Shown here in pieces: positions 9,311 to 19,093 of a stretch of 64,000 nucleotides of DNA. Below the pieces are notes generated by a model. That model worked only from the letters and a program-made list of their open reading frames with translations, made no database searches and was not told where the DNA came from. The DNA comes from Candidatus Kapaibacterium sp. GTDB lineage: Bacteria; Bacteroidota; Ignavibacteria; Kapaibacteriales; UBA2268. The DNA lies in NCBI GenBank assembly GCA_963665665.1, contig OY762428.1, positions 1,568,001 to 1,632,000 on the forward strand, given 5' to 3'. A program made the position numbers and the translations under genes. Every line of letters begins with the position of its first letter. Within the stretch, counting starts at the first letter, position 1.

Positions 9311-10645
9311 ATGAAATTCAACAAACAAATCATTATAACGATTTCCTTAGTTATGGCCGTAATAGCAGGCTTTTTTGCCGGGCCTTATTCCCCTTTCATA
9401 AGGGAATTTGGCATCAGCGAGGCAGGCCTTATATTCGTGCCGCTAATGCTGCTAATGAAAAAAAACGGGCAGAAATCAGCCAGGTTTCTTTTTCCGGCAG
9501 CATTATCCATTATTTTATATCTCATAATTTACCGGGCTTCGCTTCTTTATCTCGCTGTTTTCTACATTGTATTTTTCATTATTGAATATCGGCAGGGCCG
9601 GTTGAATAACGGGGCTTTTTTCATTCCTCTGGTTCTTGCCCCCTACACGGGATATTTCCTGAATGTTTTCGGATTTCCGGTCAGGATGGAGCTAACGGAA
9701 ATATCAGCACAGATTTTATCTTTTATAGGATATATTTCAAAAGCGGTAGGAAATATAATTTATATAAATAACCAGAGTTTTTCTGTCGATCCGGCATGTA
9801 TGGGGCTGAAAATGGTAGTAACAACATTCATTGCTGCACTTGTGTTTGCGGCCCTGCACGAGAAGAAAGGCAGAATATCCGGAACTTACCTCAATTATAT
9901 ATCGATTTTTACTGTCAGTTTTATCCTGGTAATAATTGCTAACATAGCGCGGATGATTTTTTTAATTATTTTCGAATCACCTGCCGGCAGCGCCTCGCAT
10001 GAAATTATCGGCATTGCCTGTCTTATATTGTTAACGTTTATCCCCCTGTATCTGATTATACCTCGCCTTCCTGCCTTTAATAATTTTGAATTTTTTTCAA
10101 TATTCAGGAAATTCAAAAGCATAAAATTATTCAGCAAGGACATTGTCCTGAACATCTCCGGTATTCTTCTTGTAATCAGTTCTTTATACCTCAATATTTC
10201 ATACAGGCCGGATAATTATTCTTCAAATATGGAAATATTCAAATGTATAAATATGCCGGGCTATGCCAAGTCACTTGAAAAATTTAATATTACTAAACTT
10301 GAAAATAAAGAATACACAATTTTCATAAAACCTGTTGAAAGCCTTTTTGCATCATATCACGACCCCATGGTATGCTGGAAAGCTTCGGGCTATTCAATAA
10401 GCAATGAGAAAGAAATGGAAATTGGCAACATGGTTGTTTATACGGCAATGCTTTCTCTTGGCAACACCCGCCTGCATACTGCCTGGTGGTTCGATAACGG
10501 TGAAAGCAGAACAATCAGCCAGTTTGAGTGGCGCTACGAAATGATTAAAGGCAGCGACAGGTTTAACCTTATAAACGTCACTGCCGGCTCCAGGAAAAAT
10601 CTAATGTCCGAACTCCTGAGAATATCAACAACAGAAATCCTCTGA
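9311..10645 (+). CDS. Exosortase N (XrtN-like)
   Basis: Multi-pass membrane protein with Cys-Arg-His triad motifs VDPACMGL, ANIARM, HEIIG; C-terminal EpsI-like HDPMVCW; adjacent to a PEP-CTERM VIT gene. Confidence 0.85.
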   Translation: MKFNKQIIITISLVMAVIAGFFAGPYSPFIREFGISEAGLIFVPLMLLMKKNGQKSARFLFPAALSIILYLIIYRASLLYLAVFYIVFFIIEYRQGRLNNGAFFIPLVLAPYTGYFLNVFGFPVRMELTEISAQILSFIGYISKAVGNIIYINNQSFSVDPACMGLKMVVTTFIAALVFAALHEKKGRISGTYLNYISIFTVSFILVIIANIARMIFLIIFESPAGSASHEIIGIACLILLTFIPLYLIIPRLPAFNNFEFFSIFRKFKSIKLFSKDIVLNISGILLVISSLYLNISYRPDNYSSNMEIFKCINMPGYAKSLEKFNITKLENKEYTIFIKPVESLFASYHDPMVCWKASGYSISNEKEMEIGNMVVYTAMLSLGNTRLHTAWWFDNGESRTISQFEWRYEMIKGSDRFNLINVTAGSRKNLMSELLRISTTEIL

Positions 10646-10798
10646 TGATATTCCCGATTAAGATATTACAATATTTCAAAAGTCTGATCTACTAACTCTT
10701 TTTTTATACAAAAGAAAAAATATTTTCGTATTATCACCGCAGTAGAAGCGCTGATCCGGAAATAAGTCAAAAAAAATTCCAAAAAAATATTCCTTGAA

Positions 10799-10824
10799 TG
10801 TAACTTCTTGAAAAAATCTGTGTT
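10799..10824 (+). promoter_or_regulatory. Putative autoregulated ECF promoter TGTAAC-N14-TGTGT
   Basis: TGTAACttcttgaaaaaatcTGTGTT about 11 nt upstream of the sigma ATG; similar motif at 26242. Confidence 0.5.
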
Positions 10825-10835
10825 ATTATTGCAGG

Positions 10836-11402
10836 ATGACAAAGAAATTGGAAGAAAATAGTGATATTGAGCTTTATAATCTTCTTGATTCAGAAAAGAA
10901 AACTTCGGACAGAGCATTCGCAGAATTGTATAACAGATTGTCTCCAAGAGTATATGCATACTGCCGTCGGTTTTTAGGAAATAAGGAAGAAGCTCAGGAC
11001 GTGTTCCAGGAAGTATTTGTCAGGTTCTTTAACAGTACGAAACAAAAAAGGGAAATGACCAACGTCCCCGCCTTTATCCTCAGAATTGCACGAAACCTTT
11101 GTGTTAATGCAAAAAGAAACGAGAGGGTAAACATAAGTTACGAAGACTACATGTATATTCATGACGACGACAGGGACGAAAAGGATGAACTCCTTAACCT
11201 TATTAAAAAGGCCATCGACCTTCTGCCCGAAGATTATCGGGAAGTTTTTATCCTTCGGGAATATGACGGCATGACTTATAACGACATTGCCGAAATAACC
11301 GGGGAATCGCTTTCGAATGTGAAAGTAAGAATTTACAGGGCAAAGCAGAAAATCAGAGAAATTCTGCAACCCTACATGAAAGAAATGGAAAAATATAATT
11401 AA
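10836..11402 (+). CDS. ECF RNA polymerase sigma-70 factor
   Basis: Region 2 (AQDVFQEVFV, ILRIARNLC) and region 4 (LPEDYREVFILR...YNDIAE...VKVRIYRAK). Confidence 0.95.
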   Translation: MTKKLEENSDIELYNLLDSEKKTSDRAFAELYNRLSPRVYAYCRRFLGNKEEAQDVFQEVFVRFFNSTKQKREMTNVPAFILRIARNLCVNAKRNERVNISYEDYMYIHDDDRDEKDELLNLIKKAIDLLPEDYREVFILREYDGMTYNDIAEITGESLSNVKVRIYRAKQKIREILQPYMKEMEKYN

Positions 11403-11426
11403 CAAATATAGTTTTTTGGTGTCGAA

Positions 11427-12638
11427 ATGAACAAAATGAATGGAAATACGCCTTCCGAGTACCTGAACCAGCTCCTTGACGGGGAACTTCCCGAGGGAAG
11501 CGGCGAAGATATGTACTCCTTCCTGGCTAATGACGAAGGCCTGAAGCAGGAGATGAAAGAACTCCTTGCTATAAGGGAATCGGTCAGGAAAGATACCGAG
11601 GCGTTTACCCCGCCATTAGAAGCAACCCGGGGTGTTTTCAATAAATTGGGAATAAATCCCGAAGCTGCAACCCTTGCGCCTGCCGGAAAGTCGGCGCTTA
11701 CATCCGGGGCTGTCGGCCTGTTGAAAAAAATCTGGGTTCCTGCAGCAGCGGCTATCGTTGCTACAGTCGTAACAACATTCGTTGTTTCCAACATATATGA
11801 TAATAATCAGCCTGCCACTGTTAGCGAAAATAATATTCCGGTTATCAGCTCGGTTGAAAATAATAATGCTCCTGTTACATCCGATATTATTGAGGATTCA
11901 AAGAAAACCGATACCCGTCTTATTGCAAAAGATGAAGATACCCGAATAACAGGCAACGGCATTGTATCAGCTAAAAATAATATTACAAACGAACCTGCTA
12001 ACCTGGCTTCTGTTAGCAGTAATGAAATTTCCGCGATGAACAAAATTTACGCGCCGGAAATCATCATTAATAAATCCGACAGAAGAGAAGTTCAGCCTGT
12101 TTCCTTAACAAGGAATAACAATAGCGGACTTATAACTCCGGCAAATATTGAATTCAGCAGCCTGATGGAACAACTTAAAATCCATGATAAGAGCTATTCA
12201 ATTGCAGCAGGAGGGCTGCAGGGCCTGAACAATTCCTTCAGCGGTTGGAATCTCGGAGTATTCATTCATACAAACGAATTCGTTTCGCTCGGTGTAAAAT
12301 TCGGAAAGGAACCATTCAACAGGCTTATTTCCGAAGATATTGACGGCGTTGAAGTCCTTACCGGTAAAGATATAAACATGACCTGGCTTGCCATAGCCGG
12401 ACGCTTTTATAATCAGGACTGGAATCTGCTTGGCGTAACACCATTCGCCCAGGTAGAAGCCGGCGGCTCTACAGAAGGACTTATTGGCCGTGGCGTACTC
12501 GGGCTTCAGTACTCTGTCCTGGACAGAATCACACTGTCCGCGGGTTATGAATCAAGCCTGCTGTATTATCAGCATCAGGGTTCCAGAACAGCAAACAAAG
12601 AAGGCTTGTCCTTCGGAATATCGTATAACCTTAAATAA
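11427..12638 (+). CDS. Putative anti-sigma factor with inner-membrane helix, low-complexity linker and C-terminal outer-membrane beta-barrel
   Basis: YLNQLLDGEL anti-sigma-like N-terminus; TM segment IWVPAAAAIVATVVTTFVV; N/S/T-rich linker; amphipathic strands ending LSFGISYNLK. Confidence 0.7.
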   Translation: MNKMNGNTPSEYLNQLLDGELPEGSGEDMYSFLANDEGLKQEMKELLAIRESVRKDTEAFTPPLEATRGVFNKLGINPEAATLAPAGKSALTSGAVGLLKKIWVPAAAAIVATVVTTFVVSNIYDNNQPATVSENNIPVISSVENNNAPVTSDIIEDSKKTDTRLIAKDEDTRITGNGIVSAKNNITNEPANLASVSSNEISAMNKIYAPEIIINKSDRREVQPVSLTRNNNSGLITPANIEFSSLMEQLKIHDKSYSIAAGGLQGLNNSFSGWNLGVFIHTNEFVSLGVKFGKEPFNRLISEDIDGVEVLTGKDINMTWLAIAGRFYNQDWNLLGVTPFAQVEAGGSTEGLIGRGVLGLQYSVLDRITLSAGYESSLLYYQHQGSRTANKEGLSFGISYNLK

Positions 12639-12665
12639 CCCGTCAGGAAATTATCCTAATATTCG

Positions 12666-12701
12666 ATGTCCTGCATCTTCCCCGGTGCAGGACATTTTTT
12701 T
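12666..12701 (+). terminator. Intrinsic terminator
   Basis: atgtcctgca...tgcaggacat followed by a T-tract. Confidence 0.8.
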
Positions 12702-12745
12702 CGCTAATTCAATAGTTTCAGAACATGTATATGCTACTGCAAAAA

Positions 12746-14020
12746 TCATTTGAGATAGAAATTAGCATCTCCATAAGACAGAAAGCGGTAATTCTGCTGC
12801 AAAGCTTCATCGTAAATCCGTTTCCATAAAGCCCTGCCGAGAAATGCCGCCACAAGTAAAATGAGCGTGGAGCCGGGCAGGTGGAAGTTTGTTATCATTC
12901 CGTCAATGATTTTAAAATCGTATCCCGGCATGATAAATAATGACGTGTATCCGCTAATTACTTCTGTTTGTTGATTATCACACCAGCTGATTATTGCGTC
13001 AAGCGATTCCCTAAGGCCGGGAAGGCTGCCTTCTGCCATAGAGTTATAAGGTTCCCACTGTGTAAGCTCCAGCTGTTGATATTCTTTATCGCCTTTTATC
13101 AGTTTAAGCCCGAACCAGTATAGAGATTCGAGCGTTCTGACGGATGTTGTTCCGGTAGCCACGATTTTATTTCCGGATTCCCTGGTGGAAATAATTTCTC
13201 TGATAAGAGCTTTATCAACGAAAACCTGTTCCGTATGCATTTCATGACCGCTTATATCGTCGGCATCGACAGGCTTGAAAGTTCCCGGCCCAACATGCAG
13301 AATAAGTTCCCGTTTATTTATTCCCTTTTTATTGAGCTTTTCCAGGATATCGTTTGTGAAGTGCAGGCCGGCAGTTGGCGCCGCCACCGATCCGTCGGTA
13401 TTTGCGTAAACGGTCTGGTAGCGGTCTTTGTCATTTTCCTCGGCTTTTCGTTTTATGTATGGCGGAAGGGGTATCTTTCCAATTTTTTCCAGTACTTCGG
13501 CAAAGGAAATTGACTTGTCAGCCCATGAGAATTTTACCAGTGCCTCGTTTTTATCCTTAGTGGTAATTTCGGCAGAAAATTGAATTGAACTGTCCGGGTA
13601 TTCTGGAAGCAGCTTCATTCCGTCGCAAATCTTTCTGCCGCCAATAATACAATTCCAGGAGCATTCCCCCTTTGCCTGCATGGTTATCTGCGGATCGGCT
13701 GAAGGAAAAACCGGGTCTACACAAAGGATTTCCGCTTTGCCGCCGGTTGGTTTCTGCGCTTTAATTCTTGCGCTGATAACTTTTGTGGAATTAACCACGA
13801 GCAGGGAGTTTTCAGGTATAAGCGAGCTAATATCCGAGAATTTCCCGTGCCCGATATTACCTTTAGCCACATCAGAAAATATAAGCCGGCTTTCGTCTCT
13901 TTTTCCGCTTGGATAGTATGCTATTCTTTCCTGGGGCAGCTTGTAGTGGTAATCTTTTAAATTTATATCTGGTACATTTCCAATGTTGATCATTTTTTCC
14001 TGTAGTTTATTCACATTCAT
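12746..14020 (-). CDS. queA: S-adenosylmethionine:tRNA ribosyltransferase-isomerase
   Basis: PLPPYIKR, YQTVYA, GSVAAPTAGLHF, LHVGPGTF, GTTSVRTLES, TNFHLP, YRFLSYGD. Confidence 0.97.
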   Translation of the reverse strand: MNVNKLQEKMINIGNVPDINLKDYHYKLPQERIAYYPSGKRDESRLIFSDVAKGNIGHGKFSDISSLIPENSLLVVNSTKVISARIKAQKPTGGKAEILCVDPVFPSADPQITMQAKGECSWNCIIGGRKICDGMKLLPEYPDSSIQFSAEITTKDKNEALVKFSWADKSISFAEVLEKIGKIPLPPYIKRKAEENDKDRYQTVYANTDGSVAAPTAGLHFTNDILEKLNKKGINKRELILHVGPGTFKPVDADDISGHEMHTEQVFVDKALIREIISTRESGNKIVATGTTSVRTLESLYWFGLKLIKGDKEYQQLELTQWEPYNSMAEGSLPGLRESLDAIISWCDNQQTEVISGYTSLFIMPGYDFKIIDGMITNFHLPGSTLILLVAAFLGRALWKRIYDEALQQNYRFLSYGDANFYLK

Positions 14021-14287
14021 CCGGATACTTTTTGTAAAATCGTCATAAATCCAAATATAAAAATAGCTTAGAATAGCATATTTTTCAAATTATTTATTCT
14101 TCCGTGAAATTTTATTACTGATTCTATCTGAAACTTTCCAAAAATTGGAAAATTATAATTGCCTGATATATTCTCACTCAACCCCAAAAAATCAATCTTC
14201 CGGATGAGAAAAATAAACATAATTATCTAATAAAATATCAAATCACTCCGTAGTAAACTCCTGCACCGCTTGCAATCTCTAAAACAA

Positions 14288-15457
14288 TCAGGATTCAATT
14301 ATTCGTGGAAGGATAACGCGAAAAATTGTACCTGTATCCTTGTCAGAGTCAAACTCCACTTTGCCTTTAAAATATCCTTCGGTAAACAATTTTACGCTAT
14401 AAGTTCCAAGGCCTCTGCCAACTCCTTTTGTTGAAAATGATCGCTGAAAAATCTGTTTCTTAGTCTCTTTGGACATTACTGACGGATTGTGAACTTCGAA
14501 AACTGCCATATCATCTATAATACTGGAAGATATTTTAACAATGTCTTTTTTATTCGAGGCTTCAAGTGCATTCTTGATCAGATTGGTCAAAACTCTTGAA
14601 AGTAATAAAGGATCAGTTTCAAAATTAAAGTTCTCTGAAGAGCTATCTATCACGACGTATTGATTAGCATAAGTTTCATAAGATTTGAAATCATTTTTCA
14701 GATTATCCAGTAAAGAGAAAGAATCTATACGGCATGGAGATATTTCCAATTCATTATTTTCCGCCTGGTTGAATGATTTTTGGAAATTTATATCACTGAT
14801 CAACTCCTTAGTACCTCTTTTGATAATATCAACAATTTCCCGTGCATCATTTGCATCCTCTATATCCAATATGTTTATCAACCCGTTAATTGAGCCGGCT
14901 TTGTTCATAATATCATGGAAGAATAATCGCTCGAAATATTCCTTTCTCTTAGAACTACTGATATCCTTCATTGTAACGATATAATAGTTATTTTCTTTCC
15001 ATTCAAAAGGTTTTGAAGTTATCTCAAAATCATTGCCAATCACAGAATCACCGTTTTCAGTCAATATTCTGGCTTCCTTTGTTATCATCAGTCCGGTTTT
15101 CTGGCTTTCGAGTACGGACCTTACAGCCCCGCAAAATGAGCAATGCTCACTTGTACCGCAGCCCCCCTGCTCTTTATTAGAATGAATACAACGAAAAATT
15201 TCACCGGGACGCAACCCCAGTACATCTTCTTTTCCTTCGTACCCCAATGCTTTTATTAGAAGTTGATTGCTATAAACAATTTGCCTTTTTTCATTCAGCA
15301 AAAGAAACAGAACAGGTATCTGTGAAAATATTTCAATAAAAAAACCGGAATCCGATATCGACAGATACTGCTCTTTTATAATATCCTGACTAAGCCGCTC
15401 TGCAGGTGCAAATTTCGTTTCCTGAATATTTATATCATAATTTCTCATAATGTTCAT
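14288..15457 (-). CDS. Cytoplasmic sensor histidine kinase with Cys4-containing PAS-like domain
   Basis: RPGEIFRC...GCGTSEHCSFC; H-box FFHDIMN; NLIKNALEA; FSTKG.GRGLG. Confidence 0.9.
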   Translation of the reverse strand: MNIMRNYDINIQETKFAPAERLSQDIIKEQYLSISDSGFFIEIFSQIPVLFLLLNEKRQIVYSNQLLIKALGYEGKEDVLGLRPGEIFRCIHSNKEQGGCGTSEHCSFCGAVRSVLESQKTGLMITKEARILTENGDSVIGNDFEITSKPFEWKENNYYIVTMKDISSSKRKEYFERLFFHDIMNKAGSINGLINILDIEDANDAREIVDIIKRGTKELISDINFQKSFNQAENNELEISPCRIDSFSLLDNLKNDFKSYETYANQYVVIDSSSENFNFETDPLLLSRVLTNLIKNALEASNKKDIVKISSSIIDDMAVFEVHNPSVMSKETKKQIFQRSFSTKGVGRGLGTYSVKLFTEGYFKGKVEFDSDKDTGTIFRVILPRIIES

Positions 15458-15498
15458 CCCAATTTAAATGAATATATGTGTGAAAAGTAAAAAAACAA

Positions 15499-17445
15499 CT
15501 ACAATAAGTTAAGTTTAACCCCGCCGATTATCCATCTGCCCGGAGCCCGGATAATATCAATATCCCGATAACTGCTATTGAAAAGATTATCCGCCTGAAG
15601 GAATATACTGAAAAATCCAAAATCTCTTCTTACTTTTAGCCCGCAAAGAAAAGTATTATCAAATTCCCTGACCTCATTTGAAAATGGATCAAAATATTTT
15701 CCGGCTCTTTTGCGGTAGTTTAATACCCAATGAACACCAATATTGAAAATCAGATCATGTTCAACTGATATTACCAGTTTATCCTTAAGATAGTTCATTT
15801 CATATTTGGAATATAATTCTTCGGATTCCTTGTCCCGGTATAATTTATTATACCCAACTGTTACTGAACTGACAGGAAAAGACTCTCCAAGAATCCTGTC
15901 AGGCCTGATAGACAAAGATGCCCTGAACCCATAGGTATTTAATTTAGTAATATTCTTTGTTTGCCATTTTACCGAGTCGAATTCTCTCACCCAATCAATA
16001 ATATTATCTCCCTTACGGTAATATAAAGATGATTCAAGGCTATAAATGTTTTTGGCAATTTTCCAGCCCAGTTCGCCTGCGAAAGCCTTTTCAGGTTCAA
16101 GATCCGGGTTGCCGATATTTGTCGGGCCGTTATAATACAGATCTGTAAAAGTTGGGAGCCTTACCGACTGATTTACACCTGCAAAAAGCGAGGAATATTT
16201 ATTTAGTTTGTAGGAGAGTTCCAGTCCCGAGCAAAAACTGTTTTCAAATTCGGAATCGATATTCATGTTCATTCCGCCTGTAATAGTCCAGTCCGATATA
16301 ATAATAAGATGCTCCAGGAAAACTGAAAAGTTCAATCGGTCTGCTGCTTTGGTAAAGTATGCATTTTCTTCTCCGCTTACTTTTACGGGTTCACTCAGGC
16401 TCTCGCCCAAAACATTGCTGTAAACATGTTCATACCTGTATTCCATACCAAGGGAACTCGTACCGAAAAGCCAGTTGAAATCGCTGCGAACATTAGCGCC
16501 GATAATATCTGTTTGATGATAGTTATGCCCGCTATACCATTCAGGAGCATCATTCCTGAAAAGTTCAAACTTATCATTGTTTCTTCTCCAGTAAAATGCC
16601 GGAAGAACAGTTAAACCGAAAACATCTGCCCTGGCATCTATTGATGCAAAAAAAGTAGATAATTTTTCGTACTGCTCAGGATAATCAGCAGTATAGAATG
16701 AGTTTGCACCGAAGCCCTTATCCATATATCCAAACTGTCCGTTTATTTCATTGCTTCCTTTTTTTAAAGTTGAGCGGAAGAAAAAATCTTTCTGGCGGAA
16801 ATCAGTATTATCAATATATCCGTCCGATTTTTTTAACGATGCCGAAGCATAAGAACCCCAATAAATATTATCTCCAATATCCTTGTACCAGGAAGCAGCC
16901 AAACCCATATCGTAAAAGCCATTTTCCCCTCCGCTAAGGTTCAGGCTTGCTCGTTTTTCGAGTTTATTTCCGCTCAGGATATTAACAGCCCCGCTGAAAG
17001 CATTAGGTCCGAAAATCCTTGAACCGGGTCCTTCAAGAACTTCAATGCCGGTTATTTCGCTTAATGTGATTGGCAGGTTCATGCTGTGGTGTCCTGTCTG
17101 AGGATCATTCAGTGGTATGCCGTTTATCATAACAAGGGCCTGATCGAATGAACCGCCCCTGATACTTAGATCTGATTGTATTCCCAATGGGCCCCGGGAA
17201 CGTACATCCACCGATGGCAGTATATTCAGGACTTCATCCACACAACTGACGGGGGTGTGTTTTATCATAGTTATATCAATAATATTTACTATCCTTGAAA
17301 CATCAGAATAAACTTTTGGTATTCTTGAAGCACTCACAATTATTTCATCGGTCCTGACAGAATCAGCTGCATTCAATTGGAAAGTTATAAAAGTTATCAG
17401 CAGAATCATTAAGTAATTTTTCATCATCAAATCCGTTTTTGTCAT
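15499..17445 (-). CDS. TonB-dependent receptor (BtuB/CirA-like)
   Basis: IIVSASR, SIRGG, IEVLEGPGS..FG..A..GAVNI, GNPDLEPE, DNLFN, C-terminal barrel strand. Confidence 0.9.
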   Translation of the reverse strand: MTKTDLMMKNYLMILLITFITFQLNAADSVRTDEIIVSASRIPKVYSDVSRIVNIIDITMIKHTPVSCVDEVLNILPSVDVRSRGPLGIQSDLSIRGGSFDQALVMINGIPLNDPQTGHHSMNLPITLSEITGIEVLEGPGSRIFGPNAFSGAVNILSGNKLEKRASLNLSGGENGFYDMGLAASWYKDIGDNIYWGSYASASLKKSDGYIDNTDFRQKDFFFRSTLKKGSNEINGQFGYMDKGFGANSFYTADYPEQYEKLSTFFASIDARADVFGLTVLPAFYWRRNNDKFELFRNDAPEWYSGHNYHQTDIIGANVRSDFNWLFGTSSLGMEYRYEHVYSNVLGESLSEPVKVSGEENAYFTKAADRLNFSVFLEHLIIISDWTITGGMNMNIDSEFENSFCSGLELSYKLNKYSSLFAGVNQSVRLPTFTDLYYNGPTNIGNPDLEPEKAFAGELGWKIAKNIYSLESSLYYRKGDNIIDWVREFDSVKWQTKNITKLNTYGFRASLSIRPDRILGESFPVSSVTVGYNKLYRDKESEELYSKYEMNYLKDKLVISVEHDLIFNIGVHWVLNYRKRAGKYFDPFSNEVREFDNTFLCGLKVRRDFGFFSIFLQADNLFNSSYRDIDIIRAPGRWIIGGVKLNLL

Positions 17446-17689
17446 TCAGTAAATTATAAAATTAAGAATATCTAATCAAAATACTCTGCCAATTTAACAA
17501 CATAGGTGCTGATATTTTTCTTAAGGCTGAAATTCCATGAGTGATAAGAAATAAAATTGAACAAGCAAACTAACTATCTGAAATTGGAATAAACCCCGAT
17601 ATAGCTTAATGCAACATCAATATCCATAGTTGTTCAGGGATTCATAATCCTGATTGATATTAATTATGAATCAAACAGCTAATACTTCA

Positions 17690-19090
17690 TTATTTCATTT
17701 TTTTATGATAAAATATCATACTTAATGCTGATATCGATCCGATAATAAAAAATGGGCCCCAAACTATCCAGGGAGAGTATTGATCCCATAGAAGCACTGT
17801 GGCATCAGAAGCACTGAGGCCGGTTTTTTGTAAAAGAATTGAAAATGAATTTTCCGGCTCAATATTATTTAAACTAAAATTCTCTTTCAGATACCGTAAT
17901 GCCAGATAGGATTTTTCTGCCCAATTTTTGTACAACCACCCCCCAAGAAGAGCGCCACCACCAAGCCCCAGGGCCCAGGAAAAATTGAGGAAACTCATAT
18001 ATTGGGCTTTCTGTCCAGCTGGTGCAAAGCTTCCGATATATTCATTAAACTTCGGGTTAGTTATCATTTCTCCCAAAGTATATATTAAAACCCCGCCCGC
18101 AGCGAGAAAACCGGACATTCCCAAGCCGCAAAGCATCAGGCCGGCAGAAGAAATACTAATGCCAAGAAACAGTGCTATCGTATTTGGTATCTTCGAAAAC
18201 AGGCGTGAAACCAAAACCACGGCCAGAATAATAAATCCCGTACTCAAATTGTAATACCATTCATAAGCAAGCATCAATCCCCGATTTGTTTCCATAAGCA
18301 TAAAATCCGGCAAACCAAGGGCAACTGCCATATTAGCGCTGTCTGTCCAGTCGATAATAAAATTTGGCAAAGTTTCATAAAATTGCATATACGTAAGTGT
18401 GAAACCAGACATAATAATAATAAATATGAAAAGCCTCGGCTTAAAAAAATTCCTTGTTGTTGCTTTTAACATCTGAAAATTGCCAGATAGTTTGCCATGA
18501 AGAACAGGAAAATCCTTATAACAAAAGAGAAAAATATAATTTAAAATAAAAATCGCAGCCGAACCAAAAAATACAAATTTCCAGTGAAATCCTTTTAGGA
18601 AAATTGTAATTGGCGGAGCAAGAAATACTGCGCAATTTATAAGCATAGCGTGAATACTCCAGCCAATAGAAGCATTAGCATCGTTCAGTGAATTTGCGAT
18701 AGAACCCTGAATAGCAGGCTTAAAAATTCCGTTTCCAAAACCGAGGACTAAGGCTCCGGCAAGAAATGGCCAGAACTGTGTTTGTGTTCCAAGCAGGATA
18801 TAGCCCGAAATAATTATCAGGAAAGAGATGGCCATTACTTTCTTGTGGCCGTATCTGTCTGCAAATGCACCTGTAAAAACGGGCGTAATATTCTGCATTA
18901 TAGCCCACCAGAAAAAAATGATCCCCTTGGTTGTTTGCTCCCACTGCAATCCACCGGGATTATCTTTCTGTGCTATGTAAACCGGCAACTGAAGCAAGGC
19001 TATCCAAAAAGCCATTCTTTCAGCCATTTGAATAAGATTCAAAATCCAGAAAACTCCGGGCAACGCTCTTATAGATTTCACAATCTGCAT
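17690..19090 (-). CDS. MFS transporter (POT/PTR-like)
   Basis: ERMAF, GAFADRYG, GNGIFKP, YTLGEMITNP; many TM helices. Confidence 0.85.
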   Translation of the reverse strand: MQIVKSIRALPGVFWILNLIQMAERMAFWIALLQLPVYIAQKDNPGGLQWEQTTKGIIFFWWAIMQNITPVFTGAFADRYGHKKVMAISFLIIISGYILLGTQTQFWPFLAGALVLGFGNGIFKPAIQGSIANSLNDANASIGWSIHAMLINCAVFLAPPITIFLKGFHWKFVFFGSAAIFILNYIFLFCYKDFPVLHGKLSGNFQMLKATTRNFFKPRLFIFIIIMSGFTLTYMQFYETLPNFIIDWTDSANMAVALGLPDFMLMETNRGLMLAYEWYYNLSTGFIILAVVLVSRLFSKIPNTIALFLGISISSAGLMLCGLGMSGFLAAGGVLIYTLGEMITNPKFNEYIGSFAPAGQKAQYMSFLNFSWALGLGGGALLGGWLYKNWAEKSYLALRYLKENFSLNNIEPENSFSILLQKTGLSASDATVLLWDQYSPWIVWGPFFIIGSISALSMIFYHKKMK

Positions 19091-19093
19091 TAA

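Noticed and set aside
17446-17689. Cobalamin riboswitch or sigma-54 site upstream of the BtuB-like gene
   Set aside because: No B12-box-like motif was recognised, and the TGGCA motif has the wrong -24/-12 spacing.
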